Shown: positions 57,415 through 58,117 of the stretch, one piece after another
Layout: each line of letters begins with the position of its first letter
Numbering within the stretch: the stretch's first letter is position 1
NCBI GenBank assembly: GCA_030693325.1
Contig: JAUYAV010000005.1
Span: 1-58,117, forward strand
Length of the DNA: 58,117 nt
Source of the DNA: a bacterium
Lineage (GTDB): Bacteria; Patescibacteriota; Minisyncoccia; UBA6257; MFKM01
Direction: 5' to 3'
Notes under the pieces: model-generated
Seen by the model: only the letters and a program-made list of their open reading frames with translations
Told to the model about the DNA's origin: nothing
The model's database searches: none
Program-made: the position numbers and the translations under genes

Positions 57415-57456
57415 GGGAGTCAGTGATTAAATTCATTGACTCCCATTTTTAATTTT
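57415..57456 (+). terminator. Strong rho-independent terminator ending the Ubl/E2/E1/JAB operon
   Basis: GGGAGTCAGTGA-loop-TCATTGACTCCC followed by ATTTTTAATTTT. Confidence 0.8.
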
Positions 57457-57982
57457 GTGAGTTGTAAGTGGGGTATACAGGGAGCGAGCTTTGCAGTGGC
57501 GAATGAAAAAAAGAAAGTTAACATAACGATGTTATGTCTAACCCAAGTCCGCAATCAGCGTTCCTTAATAAAAAAATTCAGGCTGATTGCGGGCGCAGGG
57601 CGAAGCGAAGGGGTGAGGCAAGGGCAAGTGCCTATAATTCGAATTATAGGCAGGGAGGTTTAAGCTAAAAAATTGGAGAAATTGAGGCTCTAATTTTTTA
57701 GCGACCCCGCAGGGGATAAATCGACCGGGCTTGTCCGACCCGAAGGGATGCCGAACCCCTGAGCCGCTTTCTCTTTTTTATGAGCCTTTTCCGGCGAGCG
57801 ACACCGTTTTCCTCGTCCTTGACAAGTGGTTTAGAAGGTGATACCGTATAATCAGTTAAGTCATTGTTCTTTAACAATTTACAGAAGATTCCTCTTTTTG
57901 TAGGGTGAAATCTGGTCCTTATCCTTAGGATGTGCTTAAGGGTATTAGGGGGCAGATTGAACCTTAGAAAAGGAGAATAAAC

Positions 57983-58117
57983 ATGGCAAAACAAATAACC
58001 TGTGAAGAATTCACCAAATATGTATGGTTTTACCTGGAAGGAAAGCTGGATTTCATTCGAGAGAAAAGGTTTGATCAGCATAAGAAAGCCTGCTCGAAAT
58101 GCAACGAGTTAAGTTCT
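57983..58117 (+). CDS. Possible zf-HC2 anti-sigma-factor-like protein, 3' end cut by the window edge
   Basis: AAGGAG lies 7 nt before the ATG. MAKQITCEEFTKYVWFYLEGKLDFIREKRFDQHKKACSKCNE fits the C-x(n)-YL.G.L-x(n)-H-x3-C-x2-C pattern. Open to the window end. Confidence 0.45.
   Translation, partial: MAKQITCEEFTKYVWFYLEGKLDFIREKRFDQHKKACSKCNELSS

Larger units (their letters stand above)
50302..57456. mobile_element. Putative integrative island of about 7 kb next to tRNA-Ala(GGC)
   Basis: A large serine recombinase reads into the tRNA. The region also holds a RuvC-like nuclease, an XRE regulator and a cargo operon ending at a strong terminator (57415..57456). It is visibly higher in G+C than the flanking DNA. 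The right boundary is not established. Confidence 0.55.

Noticed and set aside
57698-58081. 127-aa minus-strand ORF at the window end
   Set aside because: Its composition is Arg/Leu/Phe-rich and junk-like, and it has no RBS. The opposite strand has a start with AAGGAG and a zf-HC2-like motif, which I preferred at modest confidence.
1-58117. Alternative genetic code (UGA recoding, as in some CPR-related lineages)
   Set aside because: TGA is used as a stop at well-conserved C-termini (mraY at 16082..16084, mraZ at 34074..34076), and conserved proteins show no in-frame TGA.
1-58117. CRISPR array
   Set aside because: No series of identical 25-40-nt direct repeats with unique spacers of similar length was seen. 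The tandem repeats present have 9-14-nt periods with no spacers.

Overview
AT-rich bacterial chromosome segment with streamlined housekeeping genes. The gene content suggests a Candidate Phyla Radiation (Patescibacteria-like) genome, but that is inference only. Standard genetic code: TGA ends mraY and mraZ. From 1 to about 49.6 kb the window holds core genes. These include tpiA-pgk, a RecJ-like DHH protein, RNase HI, an ABC-2 exporter, a B12/radical SAM enzyme, dnaX, scpAB, a short smc, and a split dcw cluster (mraY and ftsW apart from mraZ-rsmH-ftsL-ftsI-murF). Also present are ribosomal protein genes (rpsP, rpsB, tsf, rpmG, rplJL, rplU), recR, dnaB, leuS and htrA. RNA genes: an RNase P RNA with an expanded P3 region, 11 intact tRNAs, three tRNA fragments, an L10-leader-like attenuator and two candidate structured RNAs. 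I saw no rRNA genes and no CRISPR array. Several short GC-rich palindromic or direct-repeat families are scattered through the window. Some sit in frame inside conserved genes (pgk, scpA, rplU, leuS, a DUF4015-like gene) and one sits inside rnpB. The most interesting region is about 50.3-57.5 kb. It is a visibly more GC-rich island of about 7 kb abutting tRNA-Ala(GGC). The island carries a large serine recombinase, a RuvC-like nuclease and an XRE regulator. Transcribed divergently from these is a six-gene operon: a ThiS/MoaD-like ubiquitin-like protein, an E2-like protein, a ThiF/E1-like adenylyltransferase, a JAB/JAMM peptidase with a six-CxxC C-terminal extension, a DUF2958-like protein and an unknown. 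This looks like a Bil/CBASS-Cap2-Cap3-related ubiquitin-like conjugation system in an unusual host and arrangement. All assignments come from reading motifs by eye; no database search or folding program was run.
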